Positions 9,513 through 19,629 of a stretch of 64,000 nucleotides of DNA are shown in pieces. How positions within the stretch are numbered: position 1 is the stretch's first letter; each line of letters starts with the position of its first letter. The notes under the pieces are model-generated. The model saw nothing but the letters and a program-made list of their open reading frames with translations, was not told the DNA's origin and searched no databases. This stretch comes from a virus. The position numbers were made by a program, and so were the translations under genes. The stretch lies in the IMG/VR virus record IMGVR_UViG_3300047650_000023, one strand, 5' to 3'.

Positions 9513-12500
9513 ATGATATATATTCCTATAAATCTTTCGTCAAATATATCAATGAATACTAATTTACCTATTGATTCTCGTTTCGTATTTCCTGATTTAG
9601 TTTCAAGAGATAATCTTAATATGTCTTTTCGATATATAGGTTTAAAATCATATGTAGTGTCTGAAAGTAGATTTTATTCTTTGAATTCCGATTTAGAAAC
9701 TTGGACGGCTGATGTTAATACTACAGATTTAAATACTAAGGTAGATAAAATAACAGGATATAGTTTGTCCGAGAACGACTTCAGCAATCAGTATAAATCA
9801 GATATAGATAATCTATCCACTGTGGCAACTTCTGGTCTGTACAGTGATTTAATCGAAACACCTCAAATTCCGAACAAAATAAGCCAATTAACAAATGATA
9901 CTAATTTTGCTATAGATAGTAATTATATACATACTGATAATAATTTTACAAGTCTTGAAAAGAATAAATTAGATAATCTTGCAACTGTTGCAAGTTCTGG
10001 TAATTATAATGATCTTCAGAATTTACCCACAATTAGTAATGGTGATGTAAATAGTGTTAATAATCAAACGGCTGATACAAGTGGAAATGTAGTTTTAACT
10101 ACTGCTAATATTAATGATTCCGTAGACAAACGATATATAACTGATACTGAAAAATCAATTATAAATGCAATATCAGGTATAAATACAGGAGATGAAACAC
10201 AATCTAGCATTGAATCAAAACTTGGCACAGCTTCATCTACTACAAATGGTTATCTAACTGAATCTGATTGGAATACATTTAATAATAAACAAACGGATTT
10301 AGGTTTTATACCTGAAAATATAATTAATAAAGATATTGCAAATGGGTATGCAGGATTAGATGTTAATAAAAAACTTATTGAGATGCCAACAGCAAGTGAT
10401 GTTGGTGCAGATGCGAGTGGAACTGCTACAAATGCCGTTTATATACATAATAACGATGTAAATGCTCATTCTGCTCTTTTTGAAAATAAAGTTGACAAGG
10501 TTAATGGTAAGGGGTTGTCAACCGTTGATTTTACAGATACAAACTATGTGCATACAGATAATAATTATACAACAACCGAAAAAGATAAATTAGCAGGAAT
10601 TGCAAATGGTGCAGAAGTTAATGTAAATGCAGATTGGAATGCTACAAGCGGAGAATCGCAAATACTTAATAAACCAACAAGTACAGCAACAGAAATTGAT
10701 ACTGCCGTAAGCGAAGCACATACTCATACTAATAAAAATGTTCTTGATGAATTATCTGATAATAGTGGTTTCTTAAATTATGATGGAAATCCAATTGGTG
10801 TTCAACCAGATTGGAATGAAAACGATAATAGTAAATTAGATTATATTAAAAATAAACCAAATTTAGCTACCGTTGCAACAAGTGGAAGTTATAATGATCT
10901 AATTAATAAACCTACAATTGTAGCAATTAATGATAGTGGTACTACAGGTGATATAACAGATACATATAGTGTAAATCAAATAATTACTCTTTTAGCAACA
11001 AAACAAGCATCTATTGTTATATCTTCAATAACACCATCATCTCCAACAACTAATTTAATTTGGATTGATACAACTCCACCATATACTTTACAAATTTATA
11101 ATGGAAGTTGGATTACTGTTGGTGGTACACAAATTAATTTTTGGACATCTGGAACAAACTATATTGTTGGAACACTTATTATTTATTCTAATGCTTTATA
11201 TATCTGTTCTAGCACTAATTCCAACACAACATGGAATCCAAATAATTGGACATTAATTGGTGCAAGTAGTTCAGCTCCTATATTTCCTGATTGGATTAGT
11301 GGTGGAAATTATATTCAATTTCAAATTATTGCTTATAATTCATTTTTATATCGTTTAAATAGAGATGCACCTAATTCAACTATTAGTCCTACGGCAGATA
11401 CATCATCTTATTGGTTTACTTTACTTGATAACTATTCTTATAAAGCAAATACATCGGACGTTAATTCTGCTTTAGCATTAAAGGCAGATAAAGTTATTGG
11501 AAGCACAGTTGGTGATATTGCAACACTTGATGTAAATGGAAATCTTGTTGATAGTGGAAGTAGTGTATCAACAATAAATTCAAATATAAGTACATTACAA
11601 ACTAATAGTGGTAGAATACAAATAAATAGTTCTGATACTTTTGATTACATAGGAAATAAAATTGATGGAACAACAATTCAAATTTTAACTAATAAAATTG
11701 TCGCTACAACTCTGAATGGATTAACAGCAACTATTACAGAATTAAATTATGTTCATGGCGCAGCATCAAGTCTACAGTCACAAATAAATGCGTTAGGTGC
11801 TGCTTTTCAGTTAAAAGGTAGTATTGCTACACATGCATTATTGATAGCCATTTCTTCACCTTCTGTTGGCGCTGCATATATTGTAAATTCAGATGAGTCT
11901 CAAAGTGGTTCACCTCAGGATTGGTATGTTTATACAAGTTCAGGTTGGGTGTTGATGGGTGTTACATCTATTACGGTTAGAAATTTTACAAGTAACCCTA
12001 TAAATTTAACAAGCGAAGTAACTGGAATTTTACCACAAGCTAATATGAATCTTGTTGGAATAGCTACTACCGCAAATTTAGCAACAAAGACTCAAATCAA
12101 TGATTCAGAAACATCTTCAAGTGTCGACACTTTTTCGATAACAAAATTAATGTCTTTGTTTAATGCAAAACAAAATAAAATAACGTTTGCTACAACTGAT
12201 CCAACTTCACCATCTATATATGATTTATGGGGAAACACTACAACTGATCCTGCTATTTTAAATTTTTATAATGGTTCTATATGGAAACAAATCGGAGGAA
12301 ATAGTGGAACAATCAGTAATTGGATTGCTTCAACTTCTTATAGTATAGGTCAACTTGTTATTTACAATGCTCAAATATACCAAACAAAAATTGCTAATTC
12401 GGATTCAGTTTTTAATTCTCTAAATTGGATAAATTTATCTTCTAACGCATCCATAACTTTCGCTGGTGATATAGCCGGAACTAATACTTCTCAAACAGTA

Positions 12501-14045
12501 GCAAAAATTCAAGGTATACCAATATCTACAGCAAGTATGACGAATGGACAGGTATTAGCTTATAATTCTACATCTGGTCAAATTCAAGCAACTAATGTTA
12601 ATATTTCTGGGATTGTGGGTTCAACACAAATTACACAGTCTGGTTCAGACATCACAATTGCACCCGCGACAGAACAAATATTTAATTATACTTCTTCAAG
12701 TAAGATACTTGCCAATATATACGAAGTTATACCTAGTTCCACTGTAAATGATACAACTGTTGCTTTTGATAGTGCGAGCAAATATAATCAGCAAAACAGC
12801 ACTTATACAAGTATAGGCACAGGAATTGCACAATTAGTAAACGGCGGCATTGACACCTATGCAAAGTTAATGTTTCACTTTGATGGTACAAATGGAAGTG
12901 CCATAATCACAGATAGTGAATTAACACCTAAAACAATAACCAATAATAATGTAACGATAAATACCTCATATTCTGAATTTGGGGGAGCAAGTGGATATTT
13001 TAATGGTACTTCAAGTGCCTTATCTATTCCGCATTCTTCTGATTTCGATTTTGGTTCAAATAATTTTACGGTAGATTTGTGGATTAATCCAGTATCTGTA
13101 TCTGGCAAATATTATGTGCTTTTTACCAATAGAGCGAGTAGCAGTCCAACTTATGGATTGGTTTTATGGCTTTATAACGGTAATGTTCAGATTAGTTTTT
13201 CATCAAATAATTCTACGTGGGTGTGGCAAGCCGCTACAATTATTAGCGGTGTTCCATATGGTACTTGGAGTCATGTTGAAATAGATCGAAACGGTTCTAA
13301 CTGGTATGGATTTTTAAATGGGGTTTTATCGAATACTCTTACTTCAGCATCTTCTATAGCTACTAGCACGTACCCATTAAGAATTGGGGGAGAAACTGAT
13401 TCAGACTGGTTTAATGGGTATATTGATGAATACAGAATAAGCAATGGAATATCAAGGCATACAGCTAATTTCACACCTGCGAATATAGCATATTATGCTT
13501 ATTTAAACAATGTCCCATCTTATATTTCAACAATTGGTGCATCTGACTATTCGTTAAGTACTATTTCTCAAATAAATTCATTAACAATACCTGTTACGAC
13601 ACCAACTAATACATCTATATTTATATTATGTTCATTTGATAATCGTAATAATTGGCTATATCACAATGGGACTGGTTGGCATATTTATAGCGGAAACTTA
13701 ACTTCCGTTTGGACAAGTAGCAATTTAAATACTGATTTGCAAACTTATTTCACCAATCTAACAATCACTCAATTAACTTCAGATTTATCTTCTTTAGGAG
13801 TTGTTCCTGTATCTCTTGATTTTATGTGGCAATTATATACAACAACTAACTCAGCTACTCCATCCATTTCCGCATTAACTTGTAATTATACAACTAATTC
13901 ACATCTTGAGGGTGCAAGTGTTGGTAGTTATTCTGATAGTTTAAGCAGATATGGGTTAAAGATTATTGGAAATACAAGTTTGTCTGTTAAAAACAAAGAT
14001 ACAATAAGTCATACTGTTAGAGTTTATACTGTTGTAAGTAGTTAA
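9513..14045 (+). CDS. large tail fibre/adhesin with internal repeats and LamG/concanavalin-like domain
   Basis: Repeats LATVATSGSYNDL, NYIHTDNN, DWN..D...YIKNKP. LamG-like KLMFHFDGTNG...DFDFGSNNFTVDLWINP...FNGYIDEYRISNG (~12850-13480). Confidence 0.8.
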   Translation: MIYIPINLSSNISMNTNLPIDSRFVFPDLVSRDNLNMSFRYIGLKSYVVSESRFYSLNSDLETWTADVNTTDLNTKVDKITGYSLSENDFSNQYKSDIDNLSTVATSGLYSDLIETPQIPNKISQLTNDTNFAIDSNYIHTDNNFTSLEKNKLDNLATVASSGNYNDLQNLPTISNGDVNSVNNQTADTSGNVVLTTANINDSVDKRYITDTEKSIINAISGINTGDETQSSIESKLGTASSTTNGYLTESDWNTFNNKQTDLGFIPENIINKDIANGYAGLDVNKKLIEMPTASDVGADASGTATNAVYIHNNDVNAHSALFENKVDKVNGKGLSTVDFTDTNYVHTDNNYTTTEKDKLAGIANGAEVNVNADWNATSGESQILNKPTSTATEIDTAVSEAHTHTNKNVLDELSDNSGFLNYDGNPIGVQPDWNENDNSKLDYIKNKPNLATVATSGSYNDLINKPTIVAINDSGTTGDITDTYSVNQIITLLATKQASIVISSITPSSPTTNLIWIDTTPPYTLQIYNGSWITVGGTQINFWTSGTNYIVGTLIIYSNALYICSSTNSNTTWNPNNWTLIGASSSAPIFPDWISGGNYIQFQIIAYNSFLYRLNRDAPNSTISPTADTSSYWFTLLDNYSYKANTSDVNSALALKADKVIGSTVGDIATLDVNGNLVDSGSSVSTINSNISTLQTNSGRIQINSSDTFDYIGNKIDGTTIQILTNKIVATTLNGLTATITELNYVHGAASSLQSQINALGAAFQLKGSIATHALLIAISSPSVGAAYIVNSDESQSGSPQDWYVYTSSGWVLMGVTSITVRNFTSNPINLTSEVTGILPQANMNLVGIATTANLATKTQINDSETSSSVDTFSITKLMSLFNAKQNKITFATTDPTSPSIYDLWGNTTTDPAILNFYNGSIWKQIGGNSGTISNWIASTSYSIGQLVIYNAQIYQTKIANSDSVFNSLNWINLSSNASITFAGDIAGTNTSQTVAKIQGIPISTASMTNGQVLAYNSTSGQIQATNVNISGIVGSTQITQSGSDITIAPATEQIFNYTSSSKILANIYEVIPSSTVNDTTVAFDSASKYNQQNSTYTSIGTGIAQLVNGGIDTYAKLMFHFDGTNGSAIITDSELTPKTITNNNVTINTSYSEFGGASGYFNGTSSALSIPHSSDFDFGSNNFTVDLWINPVSVSGKYYVLFTNRASSSPTYGLVLWLYNGNVQISFSSNNSTWVWQAATIISGVPYGTWSHVEIDRNGSNWYGFLNGVLSNTLTSASSIATSTYPLRIGGETDSDWFNGYIDEYRISNGISRHTANFTPANIAYYAYLNNVPSYISTIGASDYSLSTISQINSLTIPVTTPTNTSIFILCSFDNRNNWLYHNGTGWHIYSGNLTSVWTSSNLNTDLQTYFTNLTITQLTSDLSSLGVVPVSLDFMWQLYTTTNSATPSISALTCNYTTNSHLEGASVGSYSDSLSRYGLKIIGNTSLSVKNKDTISHTVRVYTVVSS

Positions 14046-14073
14046 TAAATTAAGAAAGAAGTGATAATTATAT

Positions 14074-14427
14074 ATGATTGCTTATATTTATAGATCAAAT
14101 GACAATATTATTACCAATAAAATTAATAATATTATTAGTGTTGATACCAATTTTGATGGATGTATAACAATTGTAGGTGATACAACTGAAATACTTGGTA
14201 GTATATATAATTATATTGTATTATCAAATGATTTACCTAATCAAAATATCGGTGATGTTTTTAATGAAGATCACCTTACAGACGTAAGTTCTATGTTAGA
14301 TTTGACAGAAAATCAAATCTTATTAAACGATATATCTAGTCTACAGACTCAAATTAATGATCTGACAACTAATTTTAATGATTTTGTAGATTATATTTTA
14401 ACTAATGTTCCTAATCTACCACAGTAA
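14074..14427 (+). CDS. fibre-associated chaperone-like protein
   Basis: Lies between fibre and XkdX-like gene. C-terminal short coiled coil. Confidence 0.5.
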   Translation: MIAYIYRSNDNIITNKINNIISVDTNFDGCITIVGDTTEILGSIYNYIVLSNDLPNQNIGDVFNEDHLTDVSSMLDLTENQILLNDISSLQTQINDLTTNFNDFVDYILTNVPNLPQ

Positions 14428-14441
14428 AGGAGGTGATATAA

Positions 14442-14663
14442 ATGGCAGCACAAATTTTAAGTTTTATGGTTTCTACTTATGCAATGGAAATTTACATTCA
14501 AGGAACTAACACTCTTACGGCAATTCCAAGTAGTTATTATATTCCTGTAGAAGAATACGCCGCAACAAATTATACAGGTATACAGATTGAACAAGCTTGG
14601 TCAAATGGTTGGATAACAGCACAGCAATATCAAGAAACAATGTCTTATGTACCAGTAAAATAA
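14442..14663 (+). CDS. XkdX-like small protein
   Basis: AWSNGWITAQQYQETM matches XkdX GWITxEQYxEI motif. Confidence 0.6.
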   Translation: MAAQILSFMVSTYAMEIYIQGTNTLTAIPSSYYIPVEEYAATNYTGIQIEQAWSNGWITAQQYQETMSYVPVK

Positions 14664-14688
14664 AATGTGTAATTGATGGGGGTTTCAA

Positions 14689-14716
14689 AAAGAGGGTAAA
14701 TTAATATACCCTCTTT
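14689..14716 (+). terminator. intrinsic terminator
   Basis: AAAGAGGGTA / TACCCTCTTT stem. Confidence 0.7.
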
Positions 14717-14756
14717 AAATTTAAGAAATTAATAAAGAAAAGAAAGAGGAATTTTA

Positions 14757-15215
14757 ATGAATTATACTATTATTCTAGCCGTTCTTATTTTAGTAGTTGG
14801 TATGGTAGTTGCGTATTTTACAGGTAGTTTTATTACGAAAAAAGGTATCTCAATAAAAACTGTTGAAACTGATGTAGAAAAAGTTATTAATTATGCTGAA
14901 AGCGCGGCAGATGCACTTGCGCCATTTTTACCGTCACCTTACAATTCAATTATAAGTGTTATTGAAAAGTATGTTGCTAAAGCAGTAAATACAGTTGAGA
15001 GTTTGTATAATGCTTCACAACTTACTGGTGATCAGCGTAAAGTTGCAGCAACAACTATTATCACAAAAGATTTGCAAGATTTACATATTAATGTTGATGC
15101 GAATGTTCAGAAACTTATTTCTGTTGCTATTGATTCAGCTTGTATAGTACTTCCTAATCATATTACTACTACTGTGGCTACAAGTGCTACAAGTACAGAA
15201 GTAACAAAAAAGTAA
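14757..15215 (+). CDS. putative holin (LL-H-like)
   Basis: N-terminal TM, KAVNTVESLY...GDQRKVAA...LISVAIDSAC pattern. Confidence 0.65.
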   Translation: MNYTIILAVLILVVGMVVAYFTGSFITKKGISIKTVETDVEKVINYAESAADALAPFLPSPYNSIISVIEKYVAKAVNTVESLYNASQLTGDQRKVAATTIITKDLQDLHINVDANVQKLISVAIDSACIVLPNHITTTVATSATSTEVTKK

Positions 15216-15273
15216 TTTAGTTTTGAGAACAGAGGATTAGTCGATAGATTAGTCTTCTGATTTGAAAACTAAA
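15216..15273. terminator. long hairpin after holin
   Basis: TTTAGTTTT/AAAACTAAA outer stem, CAGAGGATTA/TAGTCTTCTG inner stem. Confidence 0.5.
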
Positions 15274-15427
15274 TAAGCAATTTCAAGTTTCAAGTTATTA
15301 TATGGCAAAAATTTAGTCATAAAATTGATATGTTGAAAGGTGGTATTGATAATATTAATCGGATTATATTTGATAGATACTTAAAATAGACACAATAAAT
15401 AAATTAAAAAGTTGAGGTATTGAAACT

Positions 15428-16033
15428 ATGAATACAAAAACCAAACTTGAAACAATTAATCTTGATGAACTTTTAGGCAATCAAGCACAGTTATCTCCTG
15501 CTACATATCAGTATTATAAATGTCTAAATGAGAGGAAAATAATAATTAATGATGAAATAACGTCTGATATAGTTGAAAATTATATTCTTCCTTTATTAGA
15601 ATGGGATAATGATGGAACAGGAAATCCAATAGATATAATTTTAAATTCTTGTGGAGGTTCTGTTTTTGACGGATTAGTGCTTTGTAATATTATTGAAAAG
15701 TTAAAAACACCTACAACCATTACTGTTTTAGGATATGCTTATTCAATGGCAGGTTTGATTTTGTTAAGCGGAGCAAATAACAAAAATGTATTCCGTAAAT
15801 GTTATGAATTTTCTACAGGTTTGATACATTCGGGGCAATCGTGTCTCGAAGGAAGTACGTCTATTGTAAAAGATACCTTTAAATTTCAAGAAAAAATTGA
15901 TATTAAAATTAAAGAATTTATCTTAACTCATTCAAAAATTACAGAAGAAGAATATGAAAAAATGGAACGGTACGAATGGTACATGACTAGCGATGAAATG
16001 ATTCGTACTGGACTTATTGATGAAATAATATAA
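15428..16033 (+). CDS. clpP: ClpP-like protease subunit
   Basis: IILNSCGGSVFDG, AYSMAG (Ser), IHSG (His), WYMTSDEMIRTGLIDEI. Confidence 0.85.
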   Translation: MNTKTKLETINLDELLGNQAQLSPATYQYYKCLNERKIIINDEITSDIVENYILPLLEWDNDGTGNPIDIILNSCGGSVFDGLVLCNIIEKLKTPTTITVLGYAYSMAGLILLSGANNKNVFRKCYEFSTGLIHSGQSCLEGSTSIVKDTFKFQEKIDIKIKEFILTHSKITEEEYEKMERYEWYMTSDEMIRTGLIDEII

Positions 16034-16093
16034 ACAAAAATAATTGACAATTAAAATCTACTAAAATAAAAATGAAAGTTGGATTTGAAATGT

Positions 16094-17530
16094 ATGGGAA
16101 AAGTTAAAAGCAAAATAAGAGTATCATTTATAGGACAGAATGCCGAAGATGTAACTGGGTCTTGTATTCATATTAAAACAGAAACAAAACAATTACTTTT
16201 AGAATGTGGTTTGCATCAAAGTTGTGGAACTTTATTAAACGATTACAAAATAAATAGTGAAAAGTTTAAATTTAAAGTCAAGGACATTGATTACATTTTT
16301 GCAAATCACATTCATATTGATCATATTGGGAAAATTCCTAAACTATATGCAGAAGGATGTACGGCAAGAATTATTGCTCCTATGGGAACTTATGAACTAG
16401 CAAAAATATTATTAGAAGATTGTGCTTTTATTATGAACAAAGATGTTGAAAGCATTAAAAGAAAAACAGGAAAAGAATACCAACCTATTTATACAAAAGA
16501 TGATGTGAACACTTGTTTACAATATTGGGATGAATATAATATTGGAGATCTAACTAATTTAGGAGACAATGGAGAATCTATTGCTTTTTGCTGGCAACCA
16601 TCTGGTCATATTTTAAACTCAGCACAATTGGAATTGTACTTGGGACAGAATGGAAATACCAAAAAAATCGTTTACTCAAGTGATATTGGTTCAAATACGA
16701 TTCCTAAATATTATGTAAATGAATTTAAGCCTGTTGTTAAATCAAACTTACACATTGTAGAATGCACGTACTCAAATCAAGTTAGAAACATTACATTAAA
16801 AGATAGAGAAAAAGACTTAGAGAAGATAAAAAGTATTGTTGAAACAACTTGTATTGATAATAATGCAAAAGTGTTGTTTCCTGTTTTTGCAAATGATAGG
16901 CTTCAAAATATGTTAACTTATTTATATGATATTTTTGGAGAAGATGAAAGTTTTACTATACCAATATTAATAGATTCTCCGTTAGGAATAAAGATTTCTA
17001 AATTATATTTGCAATTACTTGAAGGTGAGCAACTAGAAAAATATAAAAAAGTGTTTACGTGGAAGAATATTAAGTTTATTCAAGATTATGAAATAAGTAA
17101 ATATAATCAAAATCTAAAAGAGCCACAAATCATATTGGCGGCATCAGGAATGCTTGCTGCTGGGAGAGCTGTAACATGGGTTTCAAAATTGTTACCTAAT
17201 GATAGAAATCATATAATTTTTTGTGGATATTCTCCCGCAAATTCTCTAGCAGGGAAGATTAAAGAAGGTAAGAAAAAGACTTTAACTATTGATGGTAAGT
17301 TAATTGCAAACAGATGTGGAATTACTTCACTACAGTCATTTAGCAGTCATATGCAAAGAATTGAATTATTAAAATATTATAGTGAATTGCAAACGGAAAA
17401 AGTAGCTTTAGTCCACAGCGACATGCAATCAAAAATTCAATTTAGTAGAGAATTACAAGAGGAAGTAAGTAAAAAGAATCGCAATTATAAGATTGTGGCT
17501 GTTAATAAATCTACTGAATTGCTTCTTTAA
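16094..17530 (+). CDS. metallo-beta-lactamase / beta-CASP nuclease (CPSF73/YSH1-like)
   Basis: VTGSC, HIHIDHIG (HxHxDH), SGHILNS, SDIG, VECTY, AASGML, FSSH, LVH. Confidence 0.9.
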   Translation: MGKVKSKIRVSFIGQNAEDVTGSCIHIKTETKQLLLECGLHQSCGTLLNDYKINSEKFKFKVKDIDYIFANHIHIDHIGKIPKLYAEGCTARIIAPMGTYELAKILLEDCAFIMNKDVESIKRKTGKEYQPIYTKDDVNTCLQYWDEYNIGDLTNLGDNGESIAFCWQPSGHILNSAQLELYLGQNGNTKKIVYSSDIGSNTIPKYYVNEFKPVVKSNLHIVECTYSNQVRNITLKDREKDLEKIKSIVETTCIDNNAKVLFPVFANDRLQNMLTYLYDIFGEDESFTIPILIDSPLGIKISKLYLQLLEGEQLEKYKKVFTWKNIKFIQDYEISKYNQNLKEPQIILAASGMLAAGRAVTWVSKLLPNDRNHIIFCGYSPANSLAGKIKEGKKKTLTIDGKLIANRCGITSLQSFSSHMQRIELLKYYSELQTEKVALVHSDMQSKIQFSRELQEEVSKKNRNYKIVAVNKSTELLL

Positions 17531-17640
17531 AATGTAATCCCAATCAATTATCTCTTTTATTGTATATTTGTTTGTTATATTAACTAATATATATTCAATA
17601 TAAATAAGATATTTTAGTGATAATACACAATAGTAAAACA

Positions 17641-17717
17641 AAAAAATAGGAACTTGTGCTGACAGTAAAAACACAAGTTTCCTATCCCCATAACGCATCT
17701 TAGAGAAAATAATTGTC
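17641..17717 (-). ncRNA. candidate small RNA A (~75 nt, ORF-less)
   Basis: Minus-strand TTGACA-17-TATAAT (17752-17724), then stem ATAGGAAACTTGTG/CACAAGTTCCTAT followed by a T-run. Confidence 0.5.
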
Positions 17718-17794
17718 GTATTAATTATAGTATATATTTTAGTATTTGTCAATAAAAATGTAAAATAAAACAAAAACAAAGAAGGTGATAAATA

Positions 17795-17890
17795 ATGTTT
17801 GCAATAATTATTTCTGGTGTAGTAGGTATTGTAATTGGTATACTGGGTACACTTGGTTATCTAAAAATATTAAGTAGTGTTATAGAATAA
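17795..17890 (+). CDS. 31-aa single-TM peptide (possible type I toxin; not in track)
   Basis: MFAIIISGVVGIVIGILGTLGYLKILSSVIE. GAAGGTGA SD. Confidence 0.55.
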   Translation: MFAIIISGVVGIVIGILGTLGYLKILSSVIE

Positions 17891-17904
17891 TAAATAATAT
17901 TTAT

Positions 17905-17975
17905 AAAAATAAAAACTCGTGTAACACAAAATCACACGAGTTCTTATCTAATGTAGAAAGTTGCTTGACCTCTAC
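17905..17975 (-). ncRNA. candidate small RNA B, convergent with the 31-aa ORF
   Basis: Minus-strand TTGACA-17-TATGAT (18010-17982). Ends in bidirectional hairpin AACTCGTGT/ACACGAGTT (17914-17942). Confidence 0.4.
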
Positions 17976-18043
17976 TAATTAATCATAATATAAAATATAC
18001 CAATTGTCAATATATAAAACAAATAAATTATAAAAAATAAATT

Positions 18044-18571
18044 ATGACAGCTTATATAATAAATAATAAAAAAGAGGTGTCAAAATTAAAACAAAATCTG
18101 AAAGGACAAGTGATGTTAATGGCAGAATTTAATGAAGAACTTATTAATGAAAAGTTTAAAAATATAAATGAAAAAGATAGTGAACAAGATGAGAGATTAT
18201 CTAAAATAGAAAATAAAGTTATAGAGATGGATAAAACATTTAATGTAATATTTGAGGGTATTAATCAATCTTTAAAACAACTTTCTATACTCCCACAAGT
18301 TATGTCTGAGGCAACAAAGGCTACAAATGAAATGCGTATTAGTATGGGACAAATGCAAATTGAACTTCAAAATAACACACAAGAAATTAAAGAAGTCAAA
18401 GCAGATGTGAAAGAACAAATTGGAAATATAAAACAAGATGTAAAACAAATTGATAATGATAGTTCTTTTAAAATAACTTTATGGGCAAGACAAAATATAG
18501 GTAAAATACTTGCAGGTGGAACAATTGTTATTGCAGTTGGAGGATATATTCTTTATAAACTGTTTGCTTAA
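18044..18571 (+). CDS. coiled-coil protein with C-terminal TM (holin/XhlA-like); true start probably ~18110-18119
   Basis: Long heptad region then KILAGGTIVIAVGGYILYKLFA. Confidence 0.55.
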   Translation: MTAYIINNKKEVSKLKQNLKGQVMLMAEFNEELINEKFKNINEKDSEQDERLSKIENKVIEMDKTFNVIFEGINQSLKQLSILPQVMSEATKATNEMRISMGQMQIELQNNTQEIKEVKADVKEQIGNIKQDVKQIDNDSSFKITLWARQNIGKILAGGTIVIAVGGYILYKLFA

Positions 18572-18660
18572 ATTATGGTTTAGAGAAATATGTTATCGTA
18601 TGTTATAGAGAAGGTCTAATCCCCTTCTCTATTTACATTTATGCTTATTTTAAATATGTA

Positions 18661-19086
18661 ATGAGTGTAAATATAAGTAGAGAAATAAATAATTTTAAGG
18701 AGGAAATTATGAAATCTAAAAATATTAGAAAGATAAATGATAGTATCGCAGATAAACTTTCAAATGTACTGTCAAATATGGCAATGTTTTATGGTGTAAC
18801 TTTTCTCGTTGTTGCTCCCCTATTCTTTCAGCGTCCTACAAGTTTAGTTGCGTGGATGCAATATATTGTGAGCGTGTTCTTTCAGGGCGTAGCACTACCG
18901 TTATTAGGTTATACAAGTAATAAGAATGGTAAAAAATTAGATGAAGCCATACAACAAATTTCAGATAATACAAGTAAAACGGAAAAAATATCTGAAGATA
19001 TAGATAGACTTGTTAAAGCCATTTTGAAAGATGAAGATAAAGAAATTGAAATATTAGAAGATATTGAAAATTTGGAAACAAAATAA
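18661..19086 (+). CDS. two-TM membrane protein (DUF1003-like)
   Basis: INDSIADKL...MFYGVTFLVVAPL...VSVFFQGVALPLLG. Confidence 0.5.
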   Translation: MSVNISREINNFKEEIMKSKNIRKINDSIADKLSNVLSNMAMFYGVTFLVVAPLFFQRPTSLVAWMQYIVSVFFQGVALPLLGYTSNKNGKKLDEAIQQISDNTSKTEKISEDIDRLVKAILKDEDKEIEILEDIENLETK

Positions 19087-19106
19087 ATTAGAAAGTTATT
19101 GAGGAA

Positions 19107-19580
19107 TTGATACATATGGCAGATACAGAAACAAAATCACATGAGGTCAAAAGAACACTTAAAGAAGATATAATATATCCTGACCATGAATCAAGAACAA
19201 CTTCTGAATTGTTTCTTAAATCAAAAGAAAGATTGAAAGAAGACGGTCATGACGAATGTTTTATTTGTGGTTCAAAAGAAAATATTGAAACACATCATTT
19301 TGGATGCGAGTACTCACTTGCAAATAATTGTGATTTTGAAAAGTTAAAAAAACTGTTACTTATTTTTGATATTTATGGGTACAGTGGGTTATTAAAAGAT
19401 ATACCAATAGAAAATGTCGATGATATCAGAAATATGATGAACCTATGTAGGCATCATCATATTGAAACTGAAACAGGAATTCATGAATGTAGTTTTCCAA
19501 TTTTCATTTCACAATTCATCGAAAAAGATGGGATTAATATGATACCTAATGATGCAAATCAAACTATTAATAAAATCTAA
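19107..19580 (+). CDS. HNH-like Zn-binding protein
   Basis: CFICGSKENIETHH...MNLCRHHH. Confidence 0.5.
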   Translation: MIHMADTETKSHEVKRTLKEDIIYPDHESRTTSELFLKSKERLKEDGHDECFICGSKENIETHHFGCEYSLANNCDFEKLKKLLLIFDIYGYSGLLKDIPIENVDDIRNMMNLCRHHHIETETGIHECSFPIFISQFIEKDGINMIPNDANQTINKI

Positions 19581-19629
19581 ATCCTATGGGAGTTTTTATA
19601 AAATATTATTGTGATATTATACATTTTTA

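Noticed and set aside
9780-10920. Internal repeats in the large fibre as possible DGR template/variable regions
   Set aside because: Differences are not adenine-specific, the repeats are in-frame protein repeats, and there is no reverse transcriptase in the window.
3346-14663. Tyrosine recombinase + fibre genes as a shufflon
   Set aside because: No inverted fibre cassettes or repeated crossover sites found. The only antisense gene is the S53 moron.
691-17548. Motif ATCCCAAT(CAAT) just after stop codons at ~691, ~4381 and ~17537
   Set aside because: Only 8-12 nt, three copies in AT-rich DNA, no consistent spacing to a second box. Insufficient to call a late promoter.
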